IMG/VR virus record: IMGVR_UViG_2571042690_000020
DNA from: a virus
Taxonomy: Duplodnaviria; Heunggongvirae; Uroviricota; Caudoviricetes
Strand: one strand, 5' to 3'
DNA: 22,905 bases
Under the pieces are notes generated by a model. It had not been told where the DNA came from, did no database searches, and worked only from the letters and a program-made list of their open reading frames with translations. The position numbers and the translations under genes were made by a program. The stretch's first letter is position 1. The number at the start of each line of letters is the position of its first letter. Shown here in pieces: positions 8,874 through 16,828 of this stretch.

Positions 8874-9919
8874 TGAGCAGAAAAAATAAAAAAGTGCGCA
8901 TGAGTTCACGCATTGATCTCGCTGATGCGCTCAGGAAAGAATCATCGCTCAGTGCATTCACATTTGATGGTCCTTATCGCCTGACCGGGCATGACCTGCT
9001 GGACAATATGTACTGTGCTGATAACGGGCGGTGGTATGAAACCCCGGTGGACTGGTACGGTCTGGCAAGAGCAGCCCGGCAAACGTCCTGGCATCAGTCT
9101 GCGCTTTACTTTAAGCGCAATGTATTACTCGGTTGCTACATCCCGCACCCGCTGCTTTCCCGGCAGGATTTCTCGGCGCTGGCGCTGGACTGGTTTGTGT
9201 TCGGTAACGCATTCCTTGAGCTTCGAAGCAATATGCTCGGCGAACCGCTTAAATTACGGCACGCCCTGGCGAAATACATGCGACGCGGAAGCGATCTTGA
9301 ATCATGGTGGTATGTGCAGGATGGCAAGGACGCGTTTCAGTTTCGTCCTGGCAAAGTGTGCCACCTGATGAATCCGGATATTAACCAGGAAATCTACGGC
9401 ATGCCGGAATATCTTGGCGCATTACTCTCGGCCAGCCTTTCTCATTCGGCGGACATGTTCAGAAAACTGTACTACGACAACGGATCCCACGCCGGGTGCA
9501 TCATCTACATCGGTGCAGCGCAGGTAAACCGCGAAAGCATGGACTCCCTGAAAGAAACGCTACAGGGGGCACGTGGTGGTGGTGCGTTTAAAAACGTGCT
9601 CATTCATGCGCCCAACGGGGGCAAAGAGGGGGTGCAAATTTTGCCGTTCCAGCAGATCACCGCAAAAGATGAATTCATGAATGTTAAGGCGGCATCCCGT
9701 GATGATGTGCTGGCTGCGCACCGCGTTCCGCCGCAACTGATGGGGGCGATGCCGGGCGAAAAAAGTGCGTTTGGCGATGTGGAGAAGGCAGCGCGGGTTT
9801 ACGCAATTAACGAGCTGATGCCCGTTATGGAGGCTATGAAGCACATCAATGACTGGCTTGGCGAAGAGGTGATCCGTTTTAACTCTTATGCTCTTCTTGA
9901 TGAAAAAACAGCCCCGTGA
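8873..9919 (+). CDS. Q: Portal protein (P2 gpQ-like)
   Basis: 348-aa ORF whose start overlaps the terminase stop (TGATG), as in the P2 PQ operon. Confidence 0.85.
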   Translation: MSRKNKKVRMSSRIDLADALRKESSLSAFTFDGPYRLTGHDLLDNMYCADNGRWYETPVDWYGLARAARQTSWHQSALYFKRNVLLGCYIPHPLLSRQDFSALALDWFVFGNAFLELRSNMLGEPLKLRHALAKYMRRGSDLESWWYVQDGKDAFQFRPGKVCHLMNPDINQEIYGMPEYLGALLSASLSHSADMFRKLYYDNGSHAGCIIYIGAAQVNRESMDSLKETLQGARGGGAFKNVLIHAPNGGKEGVQILPFQQITAKDEFMNVKAASRDDVLAAHRVPPQLMGAMPGEKSAFGDVEKAARVYAINELMPVMEAMKHINDWLGEEVIRFNSYALLDEKTAP

Positions 9920-9935
9920 TGGGGCTGTCCTTTTT
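9903..9935. terminator. Bidirectional intrinsic terminator between convergent genes
   Basis: AAAAA-ACAGCCCC-GTGAT-GGGGCTGT-CCTTTTT: an 8-bp GC-rich stem flanked by an A-run and a T-run. The portal stop codon lies in the loop. Confidence 0.6.
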
Positions 9936-10458
9936 ACCAGAGTTGAACCATTTTCTGGGTGCCGTCAGGCTTGAGATTATCAATTTCAGAGAGAACGTAA
10001 TATTGAATGGCTTCACAAACGGTGGTGTAGGGTGAATTACCTTCTTTAAGTGGCACGATATTATTATTAACGCGAACCTGTATTTCATCGTTATACATTG
10101 CGATCGAAACAGGAGTGTGCACGAACGCGACTTCGCCAGGTGTGTCGTCAACCACCGTTTCAATACTAAAAGTCAGTTTTCGCTCATCATTGCTGCCCCG
10201 TGCTTTGGGGGTAGCGGCAGGGATCTGGGATAAAGGCATTCTGCGAAATCCTTCGGCTGCTTCCAGTCCGCATGAAACGTAATGCTGGCGATTACCGTCG
10301 CTATCTGTCCAGGTCTGTGATGGCAGCTCCAGCGAGATTTCATAAGCATCAACAATGCCCTGGGCAAGGCGTACAAGCGGGGTCAGATCTTCATTGCGGC
10401 GAAAGCTCTCCTTTACCTGCTCCCGTTTTTCTCTTAACTGCTTGTAATTAATGACCAT
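9934..10458 (-). CDS. Hypothetical cargo protein (unknown function)
   Basis: 174-aa ORF from an internal ATG at 10458 with a GGAGG RBS (the ORF-track start at 10497 lacks one). Convergent with the portal gene, in the position P2 uses for accessory genes such as old/tin. Confidence 0.55.
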   Translation of the reverse strand: MVINYKQLREKREQVKESFRRNEDLTPLVRLAQGIVDAYEISLELPSQTWTDSDGNRQHYVSCGLEAAEGFRRMPLSQIPAATPKARGSNDERKLTFSIETVVDDTPGEVAFVHTPVSIAMYNDEIQVRVNNNIVPLKEGNSPYTTVCEAIQYYVLSEIDNLKPDGTQKMVQLW

Positions 10459-10558
10459 AAGACAGCCTCCATTGATTTCTTTGCTCGTATTTTGCACTTA
10501 TGAAGTATGGTCGGCAAGGTGCCGTATCGCTGACGCGCTTCGCTTGTCTGCTGCTTCG

Positions 10559-10585
10559 CCGGGGCATAAAAAATTTATGCCCCGG
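10559..10585. repeat. Perfect 27-bp palindrome CCGGGGCATAAA-AAA-TTTATGCCCCGG
   Basis: 12-bp perfect inverted arms around a 3-bp centre, about 100 bp upstream of the 9934..10458 gene start. No flanking T-run, so not a classic terminator. Confidence 0.5.
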
Positions 10586-10956
10586 CTCTCCAGCTCCTGT
10601 ATCAATCAGATAATTTCACGACGCCTTCCAGTTTATCGCCACCATCGACGGTCAGACTCTTACGCAATTCCACCGCGTTGACTGCATGTTCTCGCTGCCT
10701 CAGTGCGATTTTGACGGCCTTACCTTTCACCCCATCAAATCAAAAGCCCTCACGCCTTTTTCATGCTCAGCGTGAGAAATATGGCCATTCTGTTGTGTCT
10801 CTGCGACATCGTTCAGGGAATGCTATTTACCCCCTGAAACGCGGGCTGTTCCCCCGTCACCTGCGCGCAGAAAAAGCGCGTTTTTTTGTGCACGCACGGA
10901 TCCTTGACGGATCCAGCCGCCATGCGGGCCGGAAGGGTAAAAAGTCGTTCAAAAAA

Positions 10957-10984
10957 ATTGTGCAAATTTGTGCACTTTTGTGCA
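10957..10984. promoter_or_regulatory. Three phased copies of (A/T)TTGTGCA at 10-bp spacing
   Basis: ATTGTGCA, TTTGTGCA and TTTGTGCA begin at 10957, 10967 and 10977, one helical turn apart, upstream of a TTGACC -35-like hexamer at 11004-11009. Candidate operator or activator array. Confidence 0.35.
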
Positions 10985-11084
10985 GGTAAGCATGCCTATA
11001 TATTTGACCGTGGCTTGCCTTTGATGTAGTTTATACGTCACAAAAACCACAAAACGTGGTTATGATTTCTATGAGGGGGTTGAT

Positions 11085-11120
11085 ATGAAAAAAATGTATG
11101 ATGAATTTGATGGTTTCTAA
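11085..11120 (+). CDS. Candidate 11-codon leader peptide (MKKMYDEFDGF)
   Basis: GAGGGGG RBS five nt upstream of the ATG. The stop sits 19 nt before an intrinsic terminator and about 60 nt before the first operon gene. Confidence 0.3.
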   Translation: MKKMYDEFDGF

Positions 11121-11139
11121 GCTACGTTGACCTCTAATG

Positions 11140-11168
11140 AGGCGGGGATTTGCTCCCCGCCTTTTTTA
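11140..11168 (+). terminator. Intrinsic terminator/attenuator hairpin
   Basis: AGGCGGGGA-TTTGC-TCCCCGCCT followed by TTTTTT, ending 13 nt before the ATG at 11182. Confidence 0.6.
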
Positions 11169-11181
11169 TGGATGAAATAGG

Positions 11182-11679
11182 ATGAACCCAATAACACTAC
11201 AAATCATCAGCAATGCTATTGTTCTGCTTGGCGTTTTGGTTGCCATTGGAACCATTATCTACAATGTGCGTACCGCAAAAAAAACTCAAACGGCCAACTT
11301 TCTTTTTGAGAGTCGGCAAGATATGCAATATATAGAGTCATTGCATACCCTGAAACAAGTGCATCGTTCAGGCAAATCATTTCGTTCTTATGTTTTTCCT
11401 TGTGATGGTTGCATAATAACAGATGAAGAAATGGCCGAGCGTCGAAAATTTCAATATATTTTAAATTTTTACGAGCGAGTTGCTGTAAGTATTCGTGAAG
11501 GTATTTATGATGAAAAAATGATAAAAAGAACATCTTACACAACAGTTGTAGAGACATATGATATTGCCGAGCCATTAATTAAAGCAATCAGAGAAAGCAT
11601 TAATTCGGATACTACATATCAAGAATTCGAATGGTTAGTAAGAAGATGGAAAGCTAATCCTTTACGGAAAAACAAATAA
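11182..11679 (+). CDS. Hypothetical membrane-anchored protein (N-terminal TM helix, ~140-aa soluble domain)
   Basis: 165-aa ORF. Residues 5-27 are hydrophobic (TLQIISNAIVLLGVLVAIGTIIY). Markedly AT-rich coding sequence compared with the flanking phage genes. Confidence 0.6.
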   Translation: MNPITLQIISNAIVLLGVLVAIGTIIYNVRTAKKTQTANFLFESRQDMQYIESLHTLKQVHRSGKSFRSYVFPCDGCIITDEEMAERRKFQYILNFYERVAVSIREGIYDEKMIKRTSYTTVVETYDIAEPLIKAIRESINSDTTYQEFEWLVRRWKANPLRKNK

Positions 11680-11718
11680 TGTTTTACCCTTTAATTTACA
11701 AGTAACACAGGGGGAAGT

Positions 11719-12561
11719 GTGACACAGAATCCGTTTTCATTTTATGACTTTTTGGGCTATCTAATTCCAGGTGGGTTATTCCTGTTTATCCTTTTTTTGT
11801 TTTCTATTGAAATTAACCCTGTTTATATAGAAGGTATTCTTAACCATATCCTGAAATATAAAGAAATAATAAGTGTATTTATATATGTGGTATTAATCGT
11901 TCTATCATATATTTCAGGTCACTTCATATCTATTCTATCATCCTGTTTAATTGAAAAATACATGAACAGTAAACTTGGGTATCCTTCAATTTATCTGTTT
12001 TCTAAAAGAAGCTCCCTGAAAATAAAACGACATAATACTAAGTTCAGTATAGTTAATTTTATTCGTGGAGTTTTTTTATTTCCTGTATCAGCTTTTGATA
12101 AAGCAGAACATCATAAAACCACACTGCATTCTATACTTATTAAAGTCTTTTGGCCGCAAATACGAGATGGTTATATAAATGTTTTTTCTGTATCTACGCT
12201 ATATCGACGTAAGGGCTTGAGGGGCGATCTTTTTCGCCTTGCTTATCATTATGTGTATGAACATTCTAAAAATCATCAGGTGAAAATGCAAAACTATGTT
12301 GCTTTGTATGGTTTTTGTAGAAACATTACATTTGTTTTTCTCGCTTCAGTCTGGTTGCTTATGTTCCTGCTCCTTCTATCCTTTTTAATAGATATAAATA
12401 TCAGACTGTTACCTTTTTGTTTTCTTCTCTTGTTTTGTATTGCTGCATCCCGAGTATTTTATTATGGTTTTGTTAAGTATTATCGCCGCTATTCTCTTGA
12501 GGTTTTAATGGCATTTGCGGTACTTCAGCACGATAAAAAAACTTCGGCAATTTCATCATGA
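11719..12561 (+). CDS. Hypothetical polytopic inner-membrane protein (4-5 predicted TM segments)
   Basis: 280-aa ORF with a GTG start and AGGGGGA RBS, 39 nt after the preceding gene. Several long hydrophobic segments (FLGYLIPGGLFLFILFLF, IISVFIYVVLIVLSYISGHFISIL, ITFVFLASVWLLMFLLLLSFLI, LLPFCFLLLFCIAASRVFYYGF). Very AT-rich. Confidence 0.6.
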   Translation: MTQNPFSFYDFLGYLIPGGLFLFILFLFSIEINPVYIEGILNHILKYKEIISVFIYVVLIVLSYISGHFISILSSCLIEKYMNSKLGYPSIYLFSKRSSLKIKRHNTKFSIVNFIRGVFLFPVSAFDKAEHHKTTLHSILIKVFWPQIRDGYINVFSVSTLYRRKGLRGDLFRLAYHYVYEHSKNHQVKMQNYVALYGFCRNITFVFLASVWLLMFLLLLSFLIDINIRLLPFCFLLLFCIAASRVFYYGFVKYYRRYSLEVLMAFAVLQHDKKTSAISS

Positions 12562-12571
12562 TTTGAAACAT

Positions 12572-12597
12572 TGGCACCCTGTTAGCAAGGGTGCCAG
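12572..12597. terminator. Hairpin between convergent membrane operon and parR (putative terminator)
   Basis: GGCACCCT-GTTAGCA-AGGGTGCC, an 8-bp stem lying between the two convergent 3' ends. No strong T-run. Confidence 0.35.
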
Positions 12598-12644
12598 AAT
12601 GATGTGTTGGTCTGTATTTTATTAGTTCACATACAATTATCAGA

Positions 12645-12959
12645 TTATTCTGGGAATAAGGTCTGAATATTCTTTTTTATTTTATAAAAATTGCATTCAA
12701 CTCCGCTAGGCTGATTATCCTGGTATGTTTCCTTGATGCTAACGGTATTGAAGGGGAGGTTGTCCTCTGGCCATTCGGCCATCCAGTAGGCAAATGCTGG
12801 GTTGCGCTTTATGAGCGCTAGCCCAGCCAGAAAGGCCGCGCGTTGCGCGCGGCTGCGTTCGGAGGCTGGCAGGCTATCGAGGTAATTGCACGCCTCCTGT
12901 TCACTCTTGACGGCGGCGGGCTTCAGATAGAAACTTATCCGTCTGGTTGGTGTCGTCAT
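12645..12959 (-). CDS. parR: ParR-like centromere-binding protein (ribbon-helix-helix adaptor)
   Basis: Internal ATG at 12959 with an AAGGAG RBS, 5 nt after the parM stop. The N-terminus (RISFYLKPAAVKSEQEACNYLDSLPASERSRAQRAAFLAGLAL) resembles plasmid R1 ParR as I recall it. Confidence 0.6.
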   Translation of the reverse strand: MTTPTRRISFYLKPAAVKSEQEACNYLDSLPASERSRAQRAAFLAGLALIKRNPAFAYWMAEWPEDNLPFNTVSIKETYQDNQPSGVECNFYKIKKNIQTLFPE

Positions 12960-12963
12960 TGGT

Positions 12964-13923
12964 TTACTCCTTGTCCATTGCGTACAGCCCATTAACCAGA
13001 GCAAACTGTGGCACCCCGTCCGCGATGAAAGTCGCATTAACTCCGCAGACTTCGCGGATAGCGGGTGCCACAATCTCCGCCCCTCCACCGACAACCATCA
13101 CCCGCCCGTAACCCGAAAAAACCGCCAGCGCGCGGATCACGCGTTGTTTCAGTGTTTCTTCCTTTTCACGAATAACCGCCATCAGGCTGGCGTAATGCGC
13201 GTCATTGTGGATGTGCTGGCGCAGCCAGGCTTCATCATGGCGATGTTCGATAATGGTATTGGCGATGTGGTGACTGGTGCGCATACCGTTAGTGGCCATC
13301 ACCGACAGTACGGCATCGGCCATCAGGGAAACGCCTACGTGTGGATCGCAAAACACCTGGCTGATACCTGCCAGTTGCCCTTGAACCTTTGCCACATCCA
13401 GCGTGGTTCCGCCTAAATCCACAATCAGCAGGGATTCAAACGGACTCATGTCAGCCAGTGCTTTAAAGCCAGCCGGAATGGATTCAGGCATAACCCGCAC
13501 GTTACGGATAGTGAATGCTTCGCCGTTCTGGTATTCCACCGGGCGCATAACGTTCGCTTTTTTGCGGTTGATGTTGGCCATGTCCGGCTGTGCGTTTGTG
13601 TCGAAATACTCGCTCAGTGGCAGGGTGACAACCACATCCACCTCCTGTGGCGTGATGCCTGATTTGACCAGCGCGTGATGAATGGCGATTACATTCACAT
13701 CGCTGTACTGGTATTGCGTGTCGGTCGTCTGGACAAAGCGATCGCTAACCGGATCAAAACCATAGCGCACGCCATCAAGCATGTAGTTCGCGGGCTGCAT
13801 GCCACCGAACGGCGCAGACCATTCCGACTTGAAGCTGTTCGGGCTGATGGCGTTGCGGCGTTCGCCATTCTCAGTCCATGCCAGCTTGATGTTGGTGGAG
13901 CCGTCGTCGATACAAATTTTCAT
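12964..13923 (-). CDS. parM: ParM/StbA-family actin-like segregation ATPase
   Basis: 319 aa. The N-terminus (MKICIDDGSTNIKLAW...ISPNSFKSEW...YSDVNVIAIHHAL...VDVVVTLPL) tracks my recollection of plasmid R1 ParM closely, including the phosphate-binding DDGSTN block. Confidence 0.8.
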   Translation of the reverse strand: MKICIDDGSTNIKLAWTENGERRNAISPNSFKSEWSAPFGGMQPANYMLDGVRYGFDPVSDRFVQTTDTQYQYSDVNVIAIHHALVKSGITPQEVDVVVTLPLSEYFDTNAQPDMANINRKKANVMRPVEYQNGEAFTIRNVRVMPESIPAGFKALADMSPFESLLIVDLGGTTLDVAKVQGQLAGISQVFCDPHVGVSLMADAVLSVMATNGMRTSHHIANTIIEHRHDEAWLRQHIHNDAHYASLMAVIREKEETLKQRVIRALAVFSGYGRVMVVGGGAEIVAPAIREVCGVNATFIADGVPQFALVNGLYAMDKE

Positions 13924-13952
13924 GTCGCTTTTCCTTATGTTGATTAATTAAT

Positions 13953-13993
13953 CGTTTACGGGATTCTGAAATCCCGTTTTTGCCTGTTTTGTG
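13953..13993. repeat. Copy 1 of ~41-bp element with internal dyad (ACGGGATTCTGAAATCCCGT)
   Basis: Lies in the A-parM intergenic region, directly upstream of the parM start. About 85% identical to copy 2. Confidence 0.5.
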
Positions 13994-13999
13994 CGCGCT

Positions 14000-16822
14000 T
14001 CATATATCGCTGCGCGTTTTTTGCTCATTTACGGGATTCGTAAGTCCCGTTTCTGTCTGTTTTTTGTTTCCACTGGTCAGGCCACCCCGCAGCAGGTCTG
14101 CTTTGCGGCTGGCGCGTTCAGTGGTTTCACTGATTCTCTGTGCGTGCTCTGCGTCGCGGATGGCGCGCAGCATGTCAGAAAGCACGGTAACGGGTGTTTT
14201 CATGGTGTTCTGGCCCTGCTGAAGTGTGGATGCCAGGCGTGCGGCGGCTTCAGGGTCTGATGCCCCCAGCTGTGCCAGATAGCTGGCGACCGGGTTATGG
14301 CGGATCTCCGTGCTGCTTACGCCATGATTACGGCTCAGGCGCTGCCAGAGCTGCGTGATTCGGCTGTCCGGGCGGGTATCCGGTTTGCGTACAATTTCAA
14401 ATCCCTGCGGTGCAATGATGCTGCCGTCAACGTACAGACTGCCGCCCCGTAACAGGTGCTGCATCTGTTGTTCACCGATATGCAGGCCGAGAGATTCAGC
14501 AGACTCCCGCCATTCTTTAGCGAGTAATTCGTGGTTATCAGGCAAAGGCCGCTGCTGTTTGCGGCTCTGTGTCCAGCTCTGCATTTCATCGCTGCTGTTT
14601 TTTGCCTGTTTGTCACGAAGCGAACGCATCAGCGCCCGGCGTTCGTGTCGTTTCAGTGAGCGCATCCATTCGTTCACTTCAACGCCGTCAGGGAGCTGCG
14701 GCCACGGTGCTGGCCGTTCTTCCGGCTGTTCTGTCCCGTTGTTGTCCGTTTCCTGTACACGGGGACAGTTATTGCCACGAGTCCAAGGGGCGGCAGGGCC
14801 GCCCTGAAGGTCAAAACCATTTTCGCGGGCGCTGTCTTCCGCTTCCGGTTTACGTCTTACCAGCTTCCAGTTATCCGGATGCGTGCACACACGGGAGGAT
14901 TCCCCGATGAGTGGTGACCAGATCCCGTAAATCTGTACGCTCTGTTCGCCGTAATCGTTCAGCTCATCTGCGAGGTCGTAGGCGGTGCGAATCAGGTAGT
15001 CCTTGCGTGGAACAAGCACGCCACCCTGTTTTTCAATGTAGGTGGCAAAACACCCGGCATCGGCGGCAGCGAGTACCGCATCCATTGCATCATCTTTCAG
15101 CCGTTGCGGGCCTTCCGGATTGCGTGCCATCTGGCTGGCAAGGCGGCGCAGTTCACGCCACACCTGACGGGAGGGGATGCCAAAGAACTGGAACTGACGG
15201 ACCCGGTGAAGGCGCGCCCAGCCGATGGCGCGCTCCACGCTCTCGGCCATTGATTTTCCGGTTTCGTGGTCCACGCGTGGCTTGCCCGTTTTCGGGTCGA
15301 TGCCATCCACGGCGCGGCTGTCCAGGTTCTTTCCGATGTAGGTGGCGATGTAGCTGGTTGGCGTGCCTTTTGAGCCGTCGACATACTCCACCTTAAAGCG
15401 CGGAGTAATATCATTGCCCAGCTCGTGGCGGTCTTCCTGAATGGCAATATCGCGGGTATGGGACACAATGGTGTCGATTTCTTCCGGATGTGCAAAGACC
15501 ATCATATGCCAGTGCACGGTGCCGTCATGATGAGGCTCCACCGTGCGGATGCCATACCAGCGCAGGCCGTCGCGGTTCAGTTTTTTGCGGACCGCCGCAA
15601 AAAACGTGTTAACCAGGTAATCGCTGGAGTCGCGCATTGTGGCCCCGTTCCATTTGGGATTCGGATGACCGTTCTCCGTTGTGGCGTGGTATTTTGACGG
15701 GCAGGTGACAGTCAGAAACACCGCTTTGTCGCCACGGGCTTCGGCCAGAAGTTCCAGTCCCTTCATGGTGGCCATCATTTCTGCCTTACGGTGAACCGGG
15801 TTACTTACTCCCGCGTAATACACTGTCTCGAGATCAATCGTGAACCCGTCTTCATTTTCCAGCATGAAACTTTTCAGGAAATCGCGTGTTTTCTCGCGCT
15901 GTGCGCGAAACTCGCTTAACGCGTCCTGGCTCAGATAGGGTGATGTTTTTCTGGAAACCAGACAGGCGGCGCGGAGTTGTTCTTCTCTCCACTCGCAACG
16001 TAACAGCCACAGTTTGCGTTTCCACCATTCCGCACAGGTCAGGCGAAGGATTGCGCCCGGCAGCAGCTCCGTGTCCGGTTCGTTCCTCCGGTCTTTGTCT
16101 GTTGTCAGTGCGTCATAATGTGGAGGCATGGCGTGCAGGTGTAACGCCATGCGGGCCAGCATCTGATACGCCTTCAGGGTTACATCCATGGTCAGCTCGC
16201 CATCGGTCGCGCCAAAGCCATCGCAGAGTTTTTCGAAGGTGCTGCTGAACATCGCCGCCGTCATGGTGGCCAGCGTCTGTATCTGGTGTTTGTTGAGCTG
16301 CGGCAGGTAAAGCAAATCGTCCAGGCGTTCGCGTCCGGCAAGGGAGCGATAACCCGGTGTCAGCCAGCGTCCGTCAGTGCTATCCAGACGTTCGAATATT
16401 TTGCGCAGGGTTCCGCGTGCATAGCGTTCCGCCTGCCAGCTCTTTTTGCCTTTCCGGCGATCGGCTTCCTGTTTTTTGCGCAGGAAGGAGAGGTGGCGAA
16501 TAAGCGGATCGCGCAGATAGGACGGCAGCAGGCGCAGCGAGGCCATGGCTTCATCCACCGCGCCACGTGCCTGTTTTCTGGCGTCTCCTGCCAGTGTGAT
16601 GGTTTTGTCCTGTTTTTCCTGTGCGTCCAGGCTTTTATTAATCAGGTTGCCCAGCGGCGTGGCTGAGAACGCCGCATCAGCCATTTCCTGGCGGCGCTCG
16701 TTCTCTGCCCGGTAGGCATCCAGCCAGGAGGAAAGCGCGGATTCAGGAGCGGGGATCCCCGTTCCTTCACGCCCCACTGCGTGGCGCGGTTGTTGCCAGT
16801 CCCTGAGGTACTCTGCCGTCAT
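14000..16822 (-). CDS. A: Replication initiation endonuclease (P2 gpA-like HUH rolling-circle protein)
   Basis: 940-aa ORF with an HUH-type metal motif (TVHWHMMVFAH) and a YIATYIGKN catalytic-tyrosine block, downstream of the early operon as in P2/186. Confidence 0.85.
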   Translation of the reverse strand: MTAEYLRDWQQPRHAVGREGTGIPAPESALSSWLDAYRAENERRQEMADAAFSATPLGNLINKSLDAQEKQDKTITLAGDARKQARGAVDEAMASLRLLPSYLRDPLIRHLSFLRKKQEADRRKGKKSWQAERYARGTLRKIFERLDSTDGRWLTPGYRSLAGRERLDDLLYLPQLNKHQIQTLATMTAAMFSSTFEKLCDGFGATDGELTMDVTLKAYQMLARMALHLHAMPPHYDALTTDKDRRNEPDTELLPGAILRLTCAEWWKRKLWLLRCEWREEQLRAACLVSRKTSPYLSQDALSEFRAQREKTRDFLKSFMLENEDGFTIDLETVYYAGVSNPVHRKAEMMATMKGLELLAEARGDKAVFLTVTCPSKYHATTENGHPNPKWNGATMRDSSDYLVNTFFAAVRKKLNRDGLRWYGIRTVEPHHDGTVHWHMMVFAHPEEIDTIVSHTRDIAIQEDRHELGNDITPRFKVEYVDGSKGTPTSYIATYIGKNLDSRAVDGIDPKTGKPRVDHETGKSMAESVERAIGWARLHRVRQFQFFGIPSRQVWRELRRLASQMARNPEGPQRLKDDAMDAVLAAADAGCFATYIEKQGGVLVPRKDYLIRTAYDLADELNDYGEQSVQIYGIWSPLIGESSRVCTHPDNWKLVRRKPEAEDSARENGFDLQGGPAAPWTRGNNCPRVQETDNNGTEQPEERPAPWPQLPDGVEVNEWMRSLKRHERRALMRSLRDKQAKNSSDEMQSWTQSRKQQRPLPDNHELLAKEWRESAESLGLHIGEQQMQHLLRGGSLYVDGSIIAPQGFEIVRKPDTRPDSRITQLWQRLSRNHGVSSTEIRHNPVASYLAQLGASDPEAAARLASTLQQGQNTMKTPVTVLSDMLRAIRDAEHAQRISETTERASRKADLLRGGLTSGNKKQTETGLTNPVNEQKTRSDI
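14027..14066. repeat. Copy 2 of ~41-bp element, inside the 3' end of gene A
   Basis: CATTTACGGGATTCGTAAGTCCCGTTTCTGTCTGTTTTTTG, overlapping the last ~22 codons of A. Confidence 0.5.
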
Positions 16823-16828
16823 AGTGAT

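Noticed and set aside
10678-10989. 103-aa plus-strand ORF in the large intergenic region
   Set aside because: No RBS, basic low-complexity translation, and it reads across terminator-like and palindromic elements; treated as non-coding regulatory DNA.
9920-11180. Search for a P2/186-type cos site (19-nt GGCG(A/T)GGCGGGGAAAGCA(C/T) cohesive end as I recall it)
   Set aside because: No convincing match found by eye. The GGCGGGGA at 11141 is part of a terminator hairpin, not a cos-like sequence, so cos cannot be placed.
12960-13094. Upstream part of the 149-aa ParR ORF
   Set aside because: Overlaps parM; the internal ATG at 12959 has a strong RBS and yields a ParR-sized protein.
14355-15396. 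Several plus-strand ORFs (113-161 aa) inside replication gene A
   Set aside because: Arg/Cys/Pro-rich translations typical of antisense shadow frames in GC-rich coding DNA; all overlap gene A.
14000-16822. Replication gene A appears longer (940 aa) than I recall for P2 gpA
   Set aside because: I cannot verify the reference length without a database and the start codon has not been confirmed; not reported as a finding.
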